This document shows, in pieces, positions 8,292-18,028 of a stretch of DNA of 64,000 nucleotides. Below the pieces are notes generated by a model. It did no database searches and was not told the DNA's origin. It was given only the letters and a program-made list of their open reading frames with translations. The stretch is from Thainema sp. (lineage in GTDB: Bacteria > Cyanobacteriota > Cyanobacteriia > Phormidesmidales > Phormidesmidaceae). Every line of letters begins with the position of its first letter. The first letter of the stretch is position 1. The DNA lies in NCBI GenBank assembly GCA_052168235.1, contig JBQLZK010000018.1, forward strand, positions 21,843-85,842, given 5' to 3'. The position numbers were made by a program, and so were the translations under genes.

Positions 8292-9407
8292 CTACTTTTT
8301 GAGGGTCGGCTTTGGAATCAGTTGGGCCACAAGATCGGCAAGCTGTTCGGCGCTGTCGTTAATCGCCAACCGAGCGGCTGCCGCTTTCATAGCCTCTAAG
8401 CGCTCAGGCGATTCCAGCAGGCTAATCACCTTTTCTTGCAGGATATCTGCTGTCAGTTCCGACTGACGACACACTTGGGCCGCTCCTGCCGCTGCAAAGA
8501 TAGCCGCATTGTAGGCTTGATGATCTTCCGCTGCAAAGGGATAGGGAATCAGAATAGACGGCGTGTGGCTGATTGCCAGTTCCGTCAGCGTCCCCGCTCC
8601 GGCGCGACTCACCGCTAAATCCGCACGGCTCAGCAGTTCAGCCATGTGGTCATAGAACGGCAGGGCAATGTACTGCGGATGACTGAGACTGTCGGCCTCC
8701 GGATCATTACTGCCCGTGAGATGAACAATCCAGGCTCCGGCCTTAAACCAAGCGGGGGCACATTCGCGCACCAAGTGATTCACCGCGACTGCCCCCTGAC
8801 TGCCACCAATAACGACAATTAGCGGCACATCGTCTGGGATTTCTAAACTGGGCGGTGCAGACTTAGACGCGACCAGCCGAAGAAACTGCGATCGCACGGG
8901 CGTACCGACACAAATTGATTTTGCTTTGGGTAAGTATTGAGCAGCGGCTTCAAAGCCCAGCGCCACGCTGCTGCACATGGGGCTGAGCCAGCGGGTTACT
9001 TTTCCCGGCAGCGCATTGGACTCATGCAGAATAGTCGGCAGTCCCTGCATTTTCGCGGCAATAATAGCGGGTGCCGCAATATATCCCCCGGTCGTAAATA
9101 CACCGTCAAACTGCCCCTGGTGCAGAATGTGGCGCACCTGCTGAATAGAACGCAGGAAGCGCAGGAAGGAACGAGCGGTACGTAAACCCAACCGCCCCTG
9201 TAATCCCTCTACCGCAATCGTGTGCAGGGGATACTGGTCTGGAACCAAAACCGTTTCCAGGCGGTCTGGTACTCCCAACCACTCAATTGAATACTGGGGG
9301 AGCCGTTCAGCGGTTGCGATCGCAGGAAACAGATGTCCTCCGGTGCCGCTTGCGGCAATTAACAAACGGGGGGCAGACGTGCTCAATACTCCAGGTTCTC
9401 CAAACAC
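8292..9407 (-). CDS. murG: Undecaprenyl-PP-MurNAc-pentapeptide N-acetylglucosaminyltransferase
   Basis: SGTGGHLFPA, TGGY, HESNALPG, GGSQGA, SRAGAGT, EDHQAYNA. Confidence 0.97.
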   Translation of the reverse strand: MFGEPGVLSTSAPRLLIAASGTGGHLFPAIATAERLPQYSIEWLGVPDRLETVLVPDQYPLHTIAVEGLQGRLGLRTARSFLRFLRSIQQVRHILHQGQFDGVFTTGGYIAAPAIIAAKMQGLPTILHESNALPGKVTRWLSPMCSSVALGFEAAAQYLPKAKSICVGTPVRSQFLRLVASKSAPPSLEIPDDVPLIVVIGGSQGAVAVNHLVRECAPAWFKAGAWIVHLTGSNDPEADSLSHPQYIALPFYDHMAELLSRADLAVSRAGAGTLTELAISHTPSILIPYPFAAEDHQAYNAAIFAAAGAAQVCRQSELTADILQEKVISLLESPERLEAMKAAAARLAINDSAEQLADLVAQLIPKPTLKK

Positions 9408-9416
9408 AAATTCGCT

Positions 9417-9524
9417 AATAAGTAGGTTGCCATAAATAAACCCATCTAAAAACCGGGGGAACGCTCCGGAGGGTCGCTCCTCCGGTTTTTAAGATATGCA
9501 TTTATTTATGTGCAGCTACTTATT
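9417..9524. mobile_element. MITE-like TIR-bounded hairpin element
   Basis: AATAAGTAGGTTGCCATAAATAAA ... TTTATTTATGTGCAGCTACTTATT ends; inner AAAAACCGG...CCGGTTTTT stem. Confidence 0.6.
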
Positions 9525-9638
9525 CACAGATTAACTTATGATCTACCTGAGGACGTACCCTGGCGACAAACGCTAAAGTAGTGTCAAGATTTCCAACTGT
9601 CCAACCCAACTGTCCAACCTATACGTCTAGCAACCAAT

Positions 9639-10559
9639 ATGCCGACTTTTGAACATCGTCAAATTGCTCATCGTGCCGTCATGCTGGCTTCCTCTCTGCT
9701 GATGGGAACAACACTGTGGTTGGGCAGCAGTGAGCTATCCGCTCAAGCCGCACCGCCAGAATCTGCTCCCGCTGAGTTGACCAGCATCCTCAGTGGCATT
9801 GATGCCGCCGCCAGCGAGCGAGACGTACAGGCCATCCTGGAATTCTACAGTCCCACGATTGTCCACTCGGATGGACTGACGCGAGACGATTTGGAGCGGG
9901 CCATTACCCAGTTTTGGTTTGAATATCCAGAAGTCAGCTATCAAACCGAGCTGCAGTCTTGGCAGCAAGAGGGCAATGCCATCGTCGCCGACACCCAAAC
10001 CACCATTACTGGCACCCGCGATGTCAACGGGCGCGCCGTCACGATTGAATCCGTAATCGAATCGCAGCAGCGCTATGAAGATGGTCAAATCGTGCGGCAA
10101 ACGATTCTGTCAGAAGACAGCCGTGTCAAAACGGGCGTAAATCCCCCAGAAATCGCCGTGAATCTGCCAGAACAGGTTGGTCTGGGCCAGGAATTCAACT
10201 TTGATGTGATTGTAGAGGAACCTCTGGGCGATCGCTTACTGCTGGGCAGCGCGATGGAAGAGCAAATTACGCCAGAAGGCTATTTCAATTCCACTCCGCT
10301 GGAACTAGAAGCCTTGACCTCAGGCGGCCTCTTCAAAATCGGGGAAGCTCCCGCCACCTCCGATAATCGCTGGATCTCCGCAGTTCTGATTCGTGAAGAC
10401 GGCATTATCTCCGTCAGCAGACGGCTCCAGGTAGGCACCCCCAGCGTTAGCCAAACCAACGATGACAGCAGCGTTGAGGCCGTGACCGTCGAGTCGGCTG
10501 AACCCGCTGAATCGGCTGAGACACCTTCAACCACTCGCTTTGAAGAAGTGATTCGCTAA
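9639..10559 (+). CDS. Secreted NTF2-like (SnoaL-like) domain protein
   Basis: Signal peptide (AQA); IDAAASERDVQAILEFYSP..HSDG NTF2-like start; divergent from murG. Confidence 0.75.
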   Translation: MPTFEHRQIAHRAVMLASSLLMGTTLWLGSSELSAQAAPPESAPAELTSILSGIDAAASERDVQAILEFYSPTIVHSDGLTRDDLERAITQFWFEYPEVSYQTELQSWQQEGNAIVADTQTTITGTRDVNGRAVTIESVIESQQRYEDGQIVRQTILSEDSRVKTGVNPPEIAVNLPEQVGLGQEFNFDVIVEEPLGDRLLLGSAMEEQITPEGYFNSTPLELEALTSGGLFKIGEAPATSDNRWISAVLIREDGIISVSRRLQVGTPSVSQTNDDSSVEAVTVESAEPAESAETPSTTRFEEVIR

Positions 10560-10572
10560 TATCCGTTTAATT

Positions 10573-10609
10573 CAACGAAAGAGGCACGCTTCGCGTGCCT
10601 CTTTCGTTG
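10573..10609. terminator. Bidirectional intrinsic terminator
   Basis: CAACGAAAGAGGCACGC-TTC-GCGTGCCTCTTTCGTTG between convergent genes. Confidence 0.8.
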
Positions 10610-10621
10610 CTTGGGTTCAAC

Positions 10622-11716
10622 CTACTGCGCTAGCGGCAGCGAAAACCGAAACGTGCTGCCCTGTCCCAGCCGACTTTCCACTTGAATCTGTCCACCCTGA
10701 AGTTCAACCAGGCGGCGGCAGATGGCAAGGCCAATTCCCGTACCGCCTGAGTTGCGATCGCGGGATCGATCGGCGCGCCAGAATCGCTCAAAGACGTGGG
10801 GCAAGTCATCTTCGGCAATTCCCTGGCCCGTATCTTCCACCGCAATCCACAACAGCTGCTCTTGCGTATAGGCAGTAATGACAATTTGTCCTTCTGATGT
10901 GTAGCGGATAGCGTTACCGACTAAATTCACCAAAATCTGTTCAACCCGTTCCGGATCGGCCAGCACCAGCGGTAATTGATCGGGCGCATCCAATGCAAGT
11001 GAGAGCTGATCGGGATCAAGGACTTGGGTAGAAAATCGCTCGATCATCGCCGCTAGCAGCGATCGAATATCAAATTGCTTAGTATTGATCGGCAGATAGC
11101 CAGCCTCTAGCTTGGACAAATCTTGCAGATCGTTGACCAACCGCCGCAGTCGGCGCGTTTCCCGCGCCAGCCGCAGATAAATATCGGCATCCGTCTCAAT
11201 GGTGCCGTCGGCCAATCCTTCCAGATAACCTTCCACAATGGTGAGCGGCGTCCGCAGTTCGTGGGTTAAGTCACTGACCAATTCGCGGCGGCGCTGCTCA
11301 ACGCCCTCTAGCTCGGCAGCCATCCGATTGAAGCTGTTGGCTAAGCGATTTAGCTCGGGAATTTCACTACCCGGCACCCGCTCATGCAAATCACCCGCTG
11401 CCAGTTTCTGCGTGCTTTGCTCAATCTGCAAGAGCGGCGTAATAATGCGGCGTGACAGCAGGTAGCTCAATCCGCCCGCCGTCGCACCACCGACCAAAAC
11501 CGATACCAACATGCCCTCTGTCCAGGCGCGATTGAACTCCTGCACCAGCCGGGTTTGACTTTGCCGCACGGTGAAGGGGCCAATGATTTGCTTGACGTTC
11601 ACAATAAACAGACGGGGCGCGTAAATGCGGCCAATGGTGGCCAGCGCGATCATGCCCACAGCCATGACGACCAAGTGAGAAAGCAAAAAGCGCGATCGCA
11701 GATTGAGTTTGCTCAT
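10622..11716 (-). CDS. HAMP-domain sensor histidine kinase (BaeS-like)
   Basis: 2 TM, HAMP, LTHELRTPLT H-box, NLVGNAIRY, DTGQGI, FERFWRAD, GGTGIGLAI. Confidence 0.95.
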   Translation of the reverse strand: MSKLNLRSRFLLSHLVVMAVGMIALATIGRIYAPRLFIVNVKQIIGPFTVRQSQTRLVQEFNRAWTEGMLVSVLVGGATAGGLSYLLSRRIITPLLQIEQSTQKLAAGDLHERVPGSEIPELNRLANSFNRMAAELEGVEQRRRELVSDLTHELRTPLTIVEGYLEGLADGTIETDADIYLRLARETRRLRRLVNDLQDLSKLEAGYLPINTKQFDIRSLLAAMIERFSTQVLDPDQLSLALDAPDQLPLVLADPERVEQILVNLVGNAIRYTSEGQIVITAYTQEQLLWIAVEDTGQGIAEDDLPHVFERFWRADRSRDRNSGGTGIGLAICRRLVELQGGQIQVESRLGQGSTFRFSLPLAQ

Positions 11717-12438
11717 GCCGCCTCATCGGGTTCATCTTCAAACTTATAGCCGACACCAATCACCGTTTTAATAAACATGGGATTGCTGGGATCAGGCTCA
11801 ATTTTTTTACGCAGCCGCGCCACATGCGTATCCACCACCCGCTCATCGCCAAAGAAATCGCCGCCCCACAGCTTATCGATCAGTTGCGATCGGTTCCAGA
11901 CGCGGCTGGGATAGCTGAGAAAGGTTGCGAGTAGATTAAACTCTAGCGCCGTCAAATCCAGTTGCTCCGCCTTACCATCCATCTGCCGCTGAGCCACCCG
12001 CTGCTCCACATCGACGCTAAAGTGCGGTGTTTGGTAAGTAAACTGCTGCTCACCACCACCGCCACCCTGACGCAGCGATCGCCGCAGGAGTGCCCGCACT
12101 CGCGCCACTAGCTCGCGAGGACTAAAGGGCTTGACGACATAATCATCTGCTCCGGTGGACAGGCCAATAATTCGGTCAATTTCCTCTCCCTTAGCCGTCA
12201 GCATCATGATGTAGGGATCTTTGCTGCCGGGCTGCTGCCGAATCCGAGCGCAAACCTCAAGACCGTCGAGCGTCGGAATCATCAAGTCTAAGATGATTAG
12301 ATCCGGTTGCCACTCTGTAAAAACACGAACCGCCTCTGCACCATCGCGACAGATCTGACAGTTGAATCCTTCTTTTTCGAGATAAAGCTTGATCAACTGA
12401 GCGATTTCGGCTTCGTCTTCTACGATCAGGATGTTCAT
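11713..12438 (-). CDS. OmpR-family response regulator
   Basis: MNILIVEDE, LDLMIP, GADDYVVKPFSPREL, VVDTHVARLRKKIE, IKTVIGVGYKF; 4-nt overlap with the kinase. Confidence 0.95.
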   Translation of the reverse strand: MNILIVEDEAEIAQLIKLYLEKEGFNCQICRDGAEAVRVFTEWQPDLIILDLMIPTLDGLEVCARIRQQPGSKDPYIMMLTAKGEEIDRIIGLSTGADDYVVKPFSPRELVARVRALLRRSLRQGGGGGEQQFTYQTPHFSVDVEQRVAQRQMDGKAEQLDLTALEFNLLATFLSYPSRVWNRSQLIDKLWGGDFFGDERVVDTHVARLRKKIEPDPSNPMFIKTVIGVGYKFEDEPDEAA

Positions 12439-12701
12439 AGGAGAGGGATGTAAAGGCGGTAAAGGGCTGTAGAAGGAGTTAGAGGCTATGAAGGGAGTTA
12501 AGGGAATGGGGGAGAAAGAGGGCAAGGGAGCTTTGTGGGGTGCTGGCTATATAACCCTATGGCTACGCTAAAGCGAAGCGTAGCGCACTATTTAGGGTCT
12601 TGTTTTTGGGGCAAAATCAGGTGTGAACATCCAGAAAATTCAACTGCGATACGTCCTAAGGTGACATCCGTTTCCAGTGTAGCGAGTTCTCATGGAACGG
12701 C

Positions 12702-14066
12702 TTATCTGGCAGAGGGTTGGGTGAACATGCGACCGGGGCTGAGGCGCTGATCGGGGTCGAACTGGTGGCTGATGCCCTGCATAAGCGAGAGAGCATTGCC
12801 AGTGTAGCCCCAGATGTCGATGGCAGACTTGATACTGGGTGGAGCTTCCAAAATCGTGAGATAGCCGCTGGCCGATTCGCAGTGCGATCGCACATTCTTC
12901 AGCAGTTCAATCATGGACTTTTCAGTATCGGCAGACATCGCAAACCGTAGCGTGCCGATGCCGCTGCTGGCGTGGATGCGGCCCCAGTAGGGTTGCTCAG
13001 TCCAGGTGTCTAGCTGCTGGAGGAGCGACATGATGGCGGATGGCAGTAGGCCAATTTTGCATGTGCAGTGATCGGTCAGATCAGGATCTGTGGGCCATAT
13101 CTGAGCTTGAATACCGTCCCACAAATCCGTTTCGGCCTCATCAGTAATCAAATGAGTCTTGATGCTCATTTCGCTGCTCAGCTTCAAAATGCGATCGCAC
13201 TGTTCAGTAATACTTTCGGGAATGCTCTGGAAGCGAATTGCCAGTCCTGGATTGTCATCTAAATCCAACGATTGCATAAACTGCGTTGACAACCAGTCGA
13301 ACATCGTAGGAGTCAGTACCGAAGCTCGAATTTCGGATGCAGCTTGGGCGAGCGCATCTAGTTTCCCCGCCAGCACCACCGTCGCTGAATCGTCTAGCCA
13401 GGGATAGGTGCGAAACGTCAACTCGCTCAGGATGCCCAACGTACCGTAGGAACCCGTCATCAGCTTCATCAGGTCGTAGCCAGCAACATTTTTGACAACC
13501 TTACCGCCAGCTTTGGCAGTCTGGCCGTCGTATCGCACCAGAGAAATCCCAATCAGCAGATCCCGCACGCCGCCGTAGCGCTGCCGCCAGGAGCCCGCAT
13601 CGGCTGTAGCAACAATACCGCCGACGGTAGCCTGCTCTGGATAGGCTGGATCAAGGGGCAGAAACTGATTGGCCTGTCGCAATGTGTTCTGCAATGCTGC
13701 AAAGGGGACACCTGCCTGTACCGTAACGGTTAGATCACCCACAGCGTGCTGCACGATTTGATTCAGACGTTCGGTGCTGATCACTACATCAACTGCCCGA
13801 ACTTGACCACCCCACGTGAGCTTACTGCCGTGTCCACAGGCCATCACTCGCCAGTTTTCGCTGTGAGCACAGCGCATCACTTCGACCAGGCTGTCAATAT
13901 CGGCTGGAAAGACGAGACAAGAAGGTTGAGCAGATTCGGTGGAACGTCCGTTCGGCTTTGCCGTCTCGTAGAGAATCGCTGTTTGCCAGCGTGAAGTCTG
14001 CTGCTCGGCGGTTTGTACAGCTTCTGCACCAACGATAGATTCTAAAACTGAAGCGATATCGCTCAT
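12702..14066 (-). CDS. glcE: Glycolate oxidase FAD-binding subunit
   Basis: DLTVTVQAG, ATVGGIVAT, RYGGVRD, GGKVVKNVAGYDLMKLMTGSYGTLG, FDP...LSPGR. Confidence 0.85.
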   Translation of the reverse strand: MSDIASVLESIVGAEAVQTAEQQTSRWQTAILYETAKPNGRSTESAQPSCLVFPADIDSLVEVMRCAHSENWRVMACGHGSKLTWGGQVRAVDVVISTERLNQIVQHAVGDLTVTVQAGVPFAALQNTLRQANQFLPLDPAYPEQATVGGIVATADAGSWRQRYGGVRDLLIGISLVRYDGQTAKAGGKVVKNVAGYDLMKLMTGSYGTLGILSELTFRTYPWLDDSATVVLAGKLDALAQAASEIRASVLTPTMFDWLSTQFMQSLDLDDNPGLAIRFQSIPESITEQCDRILKLSSEMSIKTHLITDEAETDLWDGIQAQIWPTDPDLTDHCTCKIGLLPSAIMSLLQQLDTWTEQPYWGRIHASSGIGTLRFAMSADTEKSMIELLKNVRSHCESASGYLTILEAPPSIKSAIDIWGYTGNALSLMQGISHQFDPDQRLSPGRMFTQPSAR

Positions 14067-14099
14067 TATGACTGAAATACCATTACCCACGCATTTCAT

Positions 14100-14189
14100 T
14101 AGACTTTATCGGAAATTGTTTTGTAGCGCGGCTGAGCCGCGCTACAAAACAATTTCCAACCCCAAAAACTTTATTTCCAATAAAGTCTA
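14100..14189. mobile_element. MITE-like element with TA-ended TIRs and internal perfect hairpin
   Basis: TAGACTTTATCGGAAAT ... ATTTCCAATAAAGTCTA; inner GGAAATTGTTTTGTAGCGCGGC-TGA-GCCGCGCTACAAAACAATTTCC. Confidence 0.7.
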
Positions 14190-14309
14190 GTGTATAGCAG
14201 GAGCGAATGGGGGTGAAAGCCGTATCATATCCGCCGCTGGATACTATCAGTCTAGGTTGCCACAGTGATACTATCGCGGCATTTATTTGGGTAGAGAAAA
14301 GCTTTCACT

Positions 14310-15044
14310 ATGGCGCGATGGGTAACTGGAACAGCGATTCGGCACGTTTGGTATCAATTTTGGCAGGATGCCCGCCAATTACCCTCATCAGCCTGGAGAC
14401 GCTGGGGCAAGACGCTGGCGATCAGTCTCGGCATTTGCGCCATTTGGACATTTTGCGTCATGGCCTACGCTAAGTCCGTGCAGGATCAGTGGCTGCAAGC
14501 TTGGGATACCCAGATGCTGCCTGTCATCGTCGAGCAGCTACCGCTCAGTTTCGCGCAGGGCATTACCTGGGAATCCTTTGGCAATCTGATGGTGATGTTG
14601 CCGACGGTGACAGTATTTACTGTCATCATGGTGCTGCGATCGCAACCCATCCTAGCGGCCAGTATGGTGGCTGCCTACGGTCTGCAGTTTGCCCTCGTGT
14701 GGATTAGCTGGGGTCTGTGGAGCCGCGACCGTCCTGACCTGATTGCTGATGGCATCGCGGCACCGGGCTTACACGCATTTCCCTCCGGACACGCCACGGT
14801 GATCACCGTCGTTTATGGGCTGATGGTCTATCTCTGGCTGCGGGTCTCCCATAGCTGGGTAGAACGATGCGTAATTATTGCGATCGCAGTTTTATTCGTT
14901 GGTTTAGTCAGTGGGGCTCGCTTAGCGCTCGGTGCCCACTGGCCAAGCGATGTCCTGGCTGGCTGGCTGATTGGTATCCCCTGGCTTCTCGGCGTGATTG
15001 CGGCCACTGTACGTGCAGAATCTGCAATTAAAAAAACTTTTTGA
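14310..15044 (+). CDS. PAP2 family membrane phosphatase
   Basis: R.RP, FPSGHA, RLALGAHWPSDVLAG motifs; several TM segments. Confidence 0.88.
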   Translation: MARWVTGTAIRHVWYQFWQDARQLPSSAWRRWGKTLAISLGICAIWTFCVMAYAKSVQDQWLQAWDTQMLPVIVEQLPLSFAQGITWESFGNLMVMLPTVTVFTVIMVLRSQPILAASMVAAYGLQFALVWISWGLWSRDRPDLIADGIAAPGLHAFPSGHATVITVVYGLMVYLWLRVSHSWVERCVIIAIAVLFVGLVSGARLALGAHWPSDVLAGWLIGIPWLLGVIAATVRAESAIKKTF

Positions 15045-15164
15045 TTTCGGTGCCGAGAGAACCTAGGCGGCTCCGACTACTCCTGTTGCCTTCGTAGGAA
15101 AACTCAAATTTTCCAGTAGAATGCCATAACGACAATTCCCAGTTCGTTAACTGGTAGTTCACCG

Positions 15165-15264
15165 ATCAAGCCCGCCTATAAGAATCCGATTTATTTTGGG
15201 TGAAAGGCTGGCTAAGCCAGCCTTTCACCCAAAATAAATCATGGGTTTTCAAGCAGACTTTAAT
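15165..15264. repeat. Perfect hairpin element with degenerate outer inverted repeats
   Basis: GATTTATTTTGGGTGAAAGGCTGGC-TAA-GCCAGCCTTTCACCCAAAATAAATC (15188-15240). Confidence 0.65.
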
Positions 15265-15310
15265 ATCATTCACACCACCCAATCTAGTTGAGCGATAACG
15301 TGCAAACACT

Positions 15311-15910
15311 GTGATTTCTTTGACAGACCTAATTTGGGCGCTCGTGGGCCTCTTTCTCACAATTGGCGGAACGCTGATTGAGGCATTCACGACCAGTGTG
15401 CCTTGGCAATGGGGAGAAACAGGCGTAGAGTTTCAATCCCTCGGCGTCAGCTTCCAGATTGGAGCCGTCCTGTTAGTTGGCTGCCTGGGTGGCAAAAATG
15501 CTGCGGCTATGTCCCAAATTGCCTATCTGGCCCTTGGGATTGTTTGGTTTGACATCTTCCAATTTCAAATTTTTGATCAGGGCGGCGGCTTAAGCTATAT
15601 TCAGCAGCCCACCTTTGGCTATTTACTCGGCTTCATTCCAGGCGCATGGATCTGTGGTTATTTTGCCTTTCAGGAGCGCCCCAAGCTGGAAATTCTAGGT
15701 TTCAGCTGCCTGATGGGACTACTCGCCATTCATGCTGTTGGGCTGGTGTATCTTAGTGCAGCCTACTTGATTGGCTGGGTTGATACATCCCTACTCTCCT
15801 ATGGACAAGCAATTTGGGCCTATTCGATCTATCGCATACCTGGTCATTTAGTGATGGCCTGTATCATTACTGTCCTATCCTTTTCATTGCGCCGATTAAT
15901 GTTTTATTGA
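15311..15910 (+). CDS. bioY: Biotin transporter BioY
   Basis: SFQIGAVLLVGCLGG, SQIAYLALG, F..GGG.SY...PTFGYLLGF; next to lspA. Confidence 0.9.
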   Translation: MISLTDLIWALVGLFLTIGGTLIEAFTTSVPWQWGETGVEFQSLGVSFQIGAVLLVGCLGGKNAAAMSQIAYLALGIVWFDIFQFQIFDQGGGLSYIQQPTFGYLLGFIPGAWICGYFAFQERPKLEILGFSCLMGLLAIHAVGLVYLSAAYLIGWVDTSLLSYGQAIWAYSIYRIPGHLVMACIITVLSFSLRRLMFY

Positions 15911-15966
15911 AGCCTGAAATTCAGGAATCCTGTCATAATCATTGGGGTGACGTACCAAAACGCTGT

Positions 15967-16461
15967 ATGACTATTCGCAACCGCCTATTTTGGCTCATTG
16001 CTTTTCTGGCCCTTATTATTGATCAGCTCACAAAATGGTGGGTTGTTAGTAACTTTAATCTCACTACACCGCCTGAGAGTCTGCCGATCATTCCCGGTGT
16101 GTTTCACTTTACTTATGTCACCAATTCCGGCGCAGCGTTCAGCTTGTTCAGCGAAAATGGTGCATGGTTGCGCTGGCTGTCACTTGCGGTCAGCTTCGGG
16201 TTGATGGCCTTAGCTTGGTTTGGGCCAGTGCAAAATAAGTGGGAGCAGTTCGGTTACGGCTGCATTTTGGGCGGTGCGCTAGGTAATGGTATTGATCGCT
16301 TTGCCGCCGGGGAAGTCGTTGATTTCTTGGATTTTCGGCTGATCCGCTTTCCGGTGTTTAATATGGCCGATGTCTTTATCAATATTGGGATTATTTGCTT
16401 ACTGATTGCGGCATTTCGTCATCCTGATGGGAACCAGCCCAAAGAAAACTCCAACAGTTAG
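15967..16461 (+). CDS. lspA: Signal peptidase II
   Basis: DQLTKW, NSGAAFS, GGALGNGIDR, VVDF, FPVFNMADVFI. Confidence 0.96.
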   Translation: MTIRNRLFWLIAFLALIIDQLTKWWVVSNFNLTTPPESLPIIPGVFHFTYVTNSGAAFSLFSENGAWLRWLSLAVSFGLMALAWFGPVQNKWEQFGYGCILGGALGNGIDRFAAGEVVDFLDFRLIRFPVFNMADVFINIGIICLLIAAFRHPDGNQPKENSNS

Positions 16462-16563
16462 CGATCCTGGACTAGCTACACCGCTATATTTAGCGGTTTT
16501 TTAGATCTAAAACCGCTACTGCTTGTTAAAGTAGAGGCTTGACGGATTCCAGCAGGTATTACT

Positions 16564-17244
16564 GTGACTGAGCAGCGCTCCCTCTTTTCTGTAGCGGAAG
16601 AACGCCAACTCTACAGCTATCGCTGTACGGACGTTCAAATCAGTCCCAAAATGCTGCAGGACTGGAAGCAGCGAGTCTATCGATTTCAGCAGAATGTGCT
16701 GGCTGAGCAGCAAGTTCCCTGCCAAGGCTCACTGTTTACTGCGGCTGAGGCGGCTGGGACGTATGCAGTAGATGCAGTAGATGCGGTAGATGCGATCGCA
16801 ACTCCCAATTCAACTTCTGATTCAAGTTCAGACTTAACTTCAGATCCAATTCCAAGTACTGATCTAGATCAGATCGACCCGTTTACGCTCCGGCAGCAAA
16901 ATACTGAGTTTTGGCGCTGGAAGTTTGACGATGTTGGTGTGGCCGCACTTTATTTTGTGATCGACTACGAAGTGCCAATTCTGCTGTATGTGGGCGAAAC
17001 GGTTAAGTCGAATCAGCGCTGGAAAGGCGAACATGACTGCAAGCGCTACTTGGTCAACTATCGTCAAACTCACTATCAGTTAGAAATTCCTACAGCGCTA
17101 AGTATCGGCTTCTGGCCCCATGCTCCGGCTGAGCGCAAACCGCGCCAGCAGCTCGAATCGGCACTCATCAAAAAATGGCGCAGTCCATTCAATAAAGAAA
17201 ACTGGACATTTTGGGGCACTCCCTTTGTCGGCGGCAAAGCGTGA
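16564..17244 (+). CDS. GIY-YIG nuclease family protein (cyanobacterial type)
   Basis: ALYFVID...LLYVGET...RWKGEHDCK...LE..LI.KWRSPFNKE. Confidence 0.8.
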   Translation: MTEQRSLFSVAEERQLYSYRCTDVQISPKMLQDWKQRVYRFQQNVLAEQQVPCQGSLFTAAEAAGTYAVDAVDAVDAIATPNSTSDSSSDLTSDPIPSTDLDQIDPFTLRQQNTEFWRWKFDDVGVAALYFVIDYEVPILLYVGETVKSNQRWKGEHDCKRYLVNYRQTHYQLEIPTALSIGFWPHAPAERKPRQQLESALIKKWRSPFNKENWTFWGTPFVGGKA

Positions 17245-17332
17245 ATGTCTGCAATCACCACACAATTAATCACATCGTCGCTCACTAAATTAGTGAAGTC
17301 CAGTTAAAACCCGATGATTTATAGTGATTCCA

Positions 17333-17845
17333 CTAATTTGTCACGATTACAGGTGTACCGACTGAAGCCCAGTTGAACAGCCATTCCGCATGGTCAACGG
17401 CGACATTAGTGCAGCCGTGGCTGATGGGTGTACCAAAGCGGTGATGCCAGTATGCGCCGTGAATCCCATAGTTGCCGGAATAGTACATCGTAAATGGCAC
17501 GTCGGGAATATCATAATCGGCACCCTGCATCCGCGCGGTGCGATGCTTCGACTGAATTGCAAATACGCCAGTTGGTGTCGGGGTGGATGGCTTACCCGTT
17601 GAAACAATAACGGCATAGATGGGTGTGTTGCCTTCCCAAGCAATTAGGCGTTGGCGGGTTGTGTCAATTTGAATCCAGCGCTGCTGACTTTGCTGGAGTT
17701 CATTCATCCGAGTTGCGATCGCAGTTGTCTGAGCCGCAGCAGGTAATGTCACTGGCGGTAGCGACACCAGATTGACTGCTCCCGCCATTAGCAAAGCACT
17801 GCCGATCTGCACTATTCGATGTAGAGATCGATATCGATAAAGCAT
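17333..17845 (-). CDS. L,D-transpeptidase (YkuD family)
   Basis: VSTGK..TPTPTG, YGIHGAYWH..FGTPISHGCTN catalytic motif; signal peptide. Confidence 0.92.
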   Translation of the reverse strand: MLYRYRSLHRIVQIGSALLMAGAVNLVSLPPVTLPAAAQTTAIATRMNELQQSQQRWIQIDTTRQRLIAWEGNTPIYAVIVSTGKPSTPTPTGVFAIQSKHRTARMQGADYDIPDVPFTMYYSGNYGIHGAYWHHRFGTPISHGCTNVAVDHAEWLFNWASVGTPVIVTN

Positions 17846-18028
17846 AGTGAACCTCCTAAAACCTGAGGCGTCCTGAAAGCGTCTCTATACTTCAATCTAC
17901 AAATGCAACCTAACAAAAACCGCAGAGTTTCCTCAAAAATCTACATTCTGATAGAAAATCAGGCGTTTCTCGACATGATTTACCACTGGTTATGACGGGC
18001 TGGTTGTAACGGAAATGTATATTGTTCT

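Noticed and set aside
16760..16870. VDAVDAVDA and SDSS repeats in the GIY-YIG gene as an intein or mobile insert
   Set aside because: Short in-frame slippage repeats in a linker; no splicing motifs or ends
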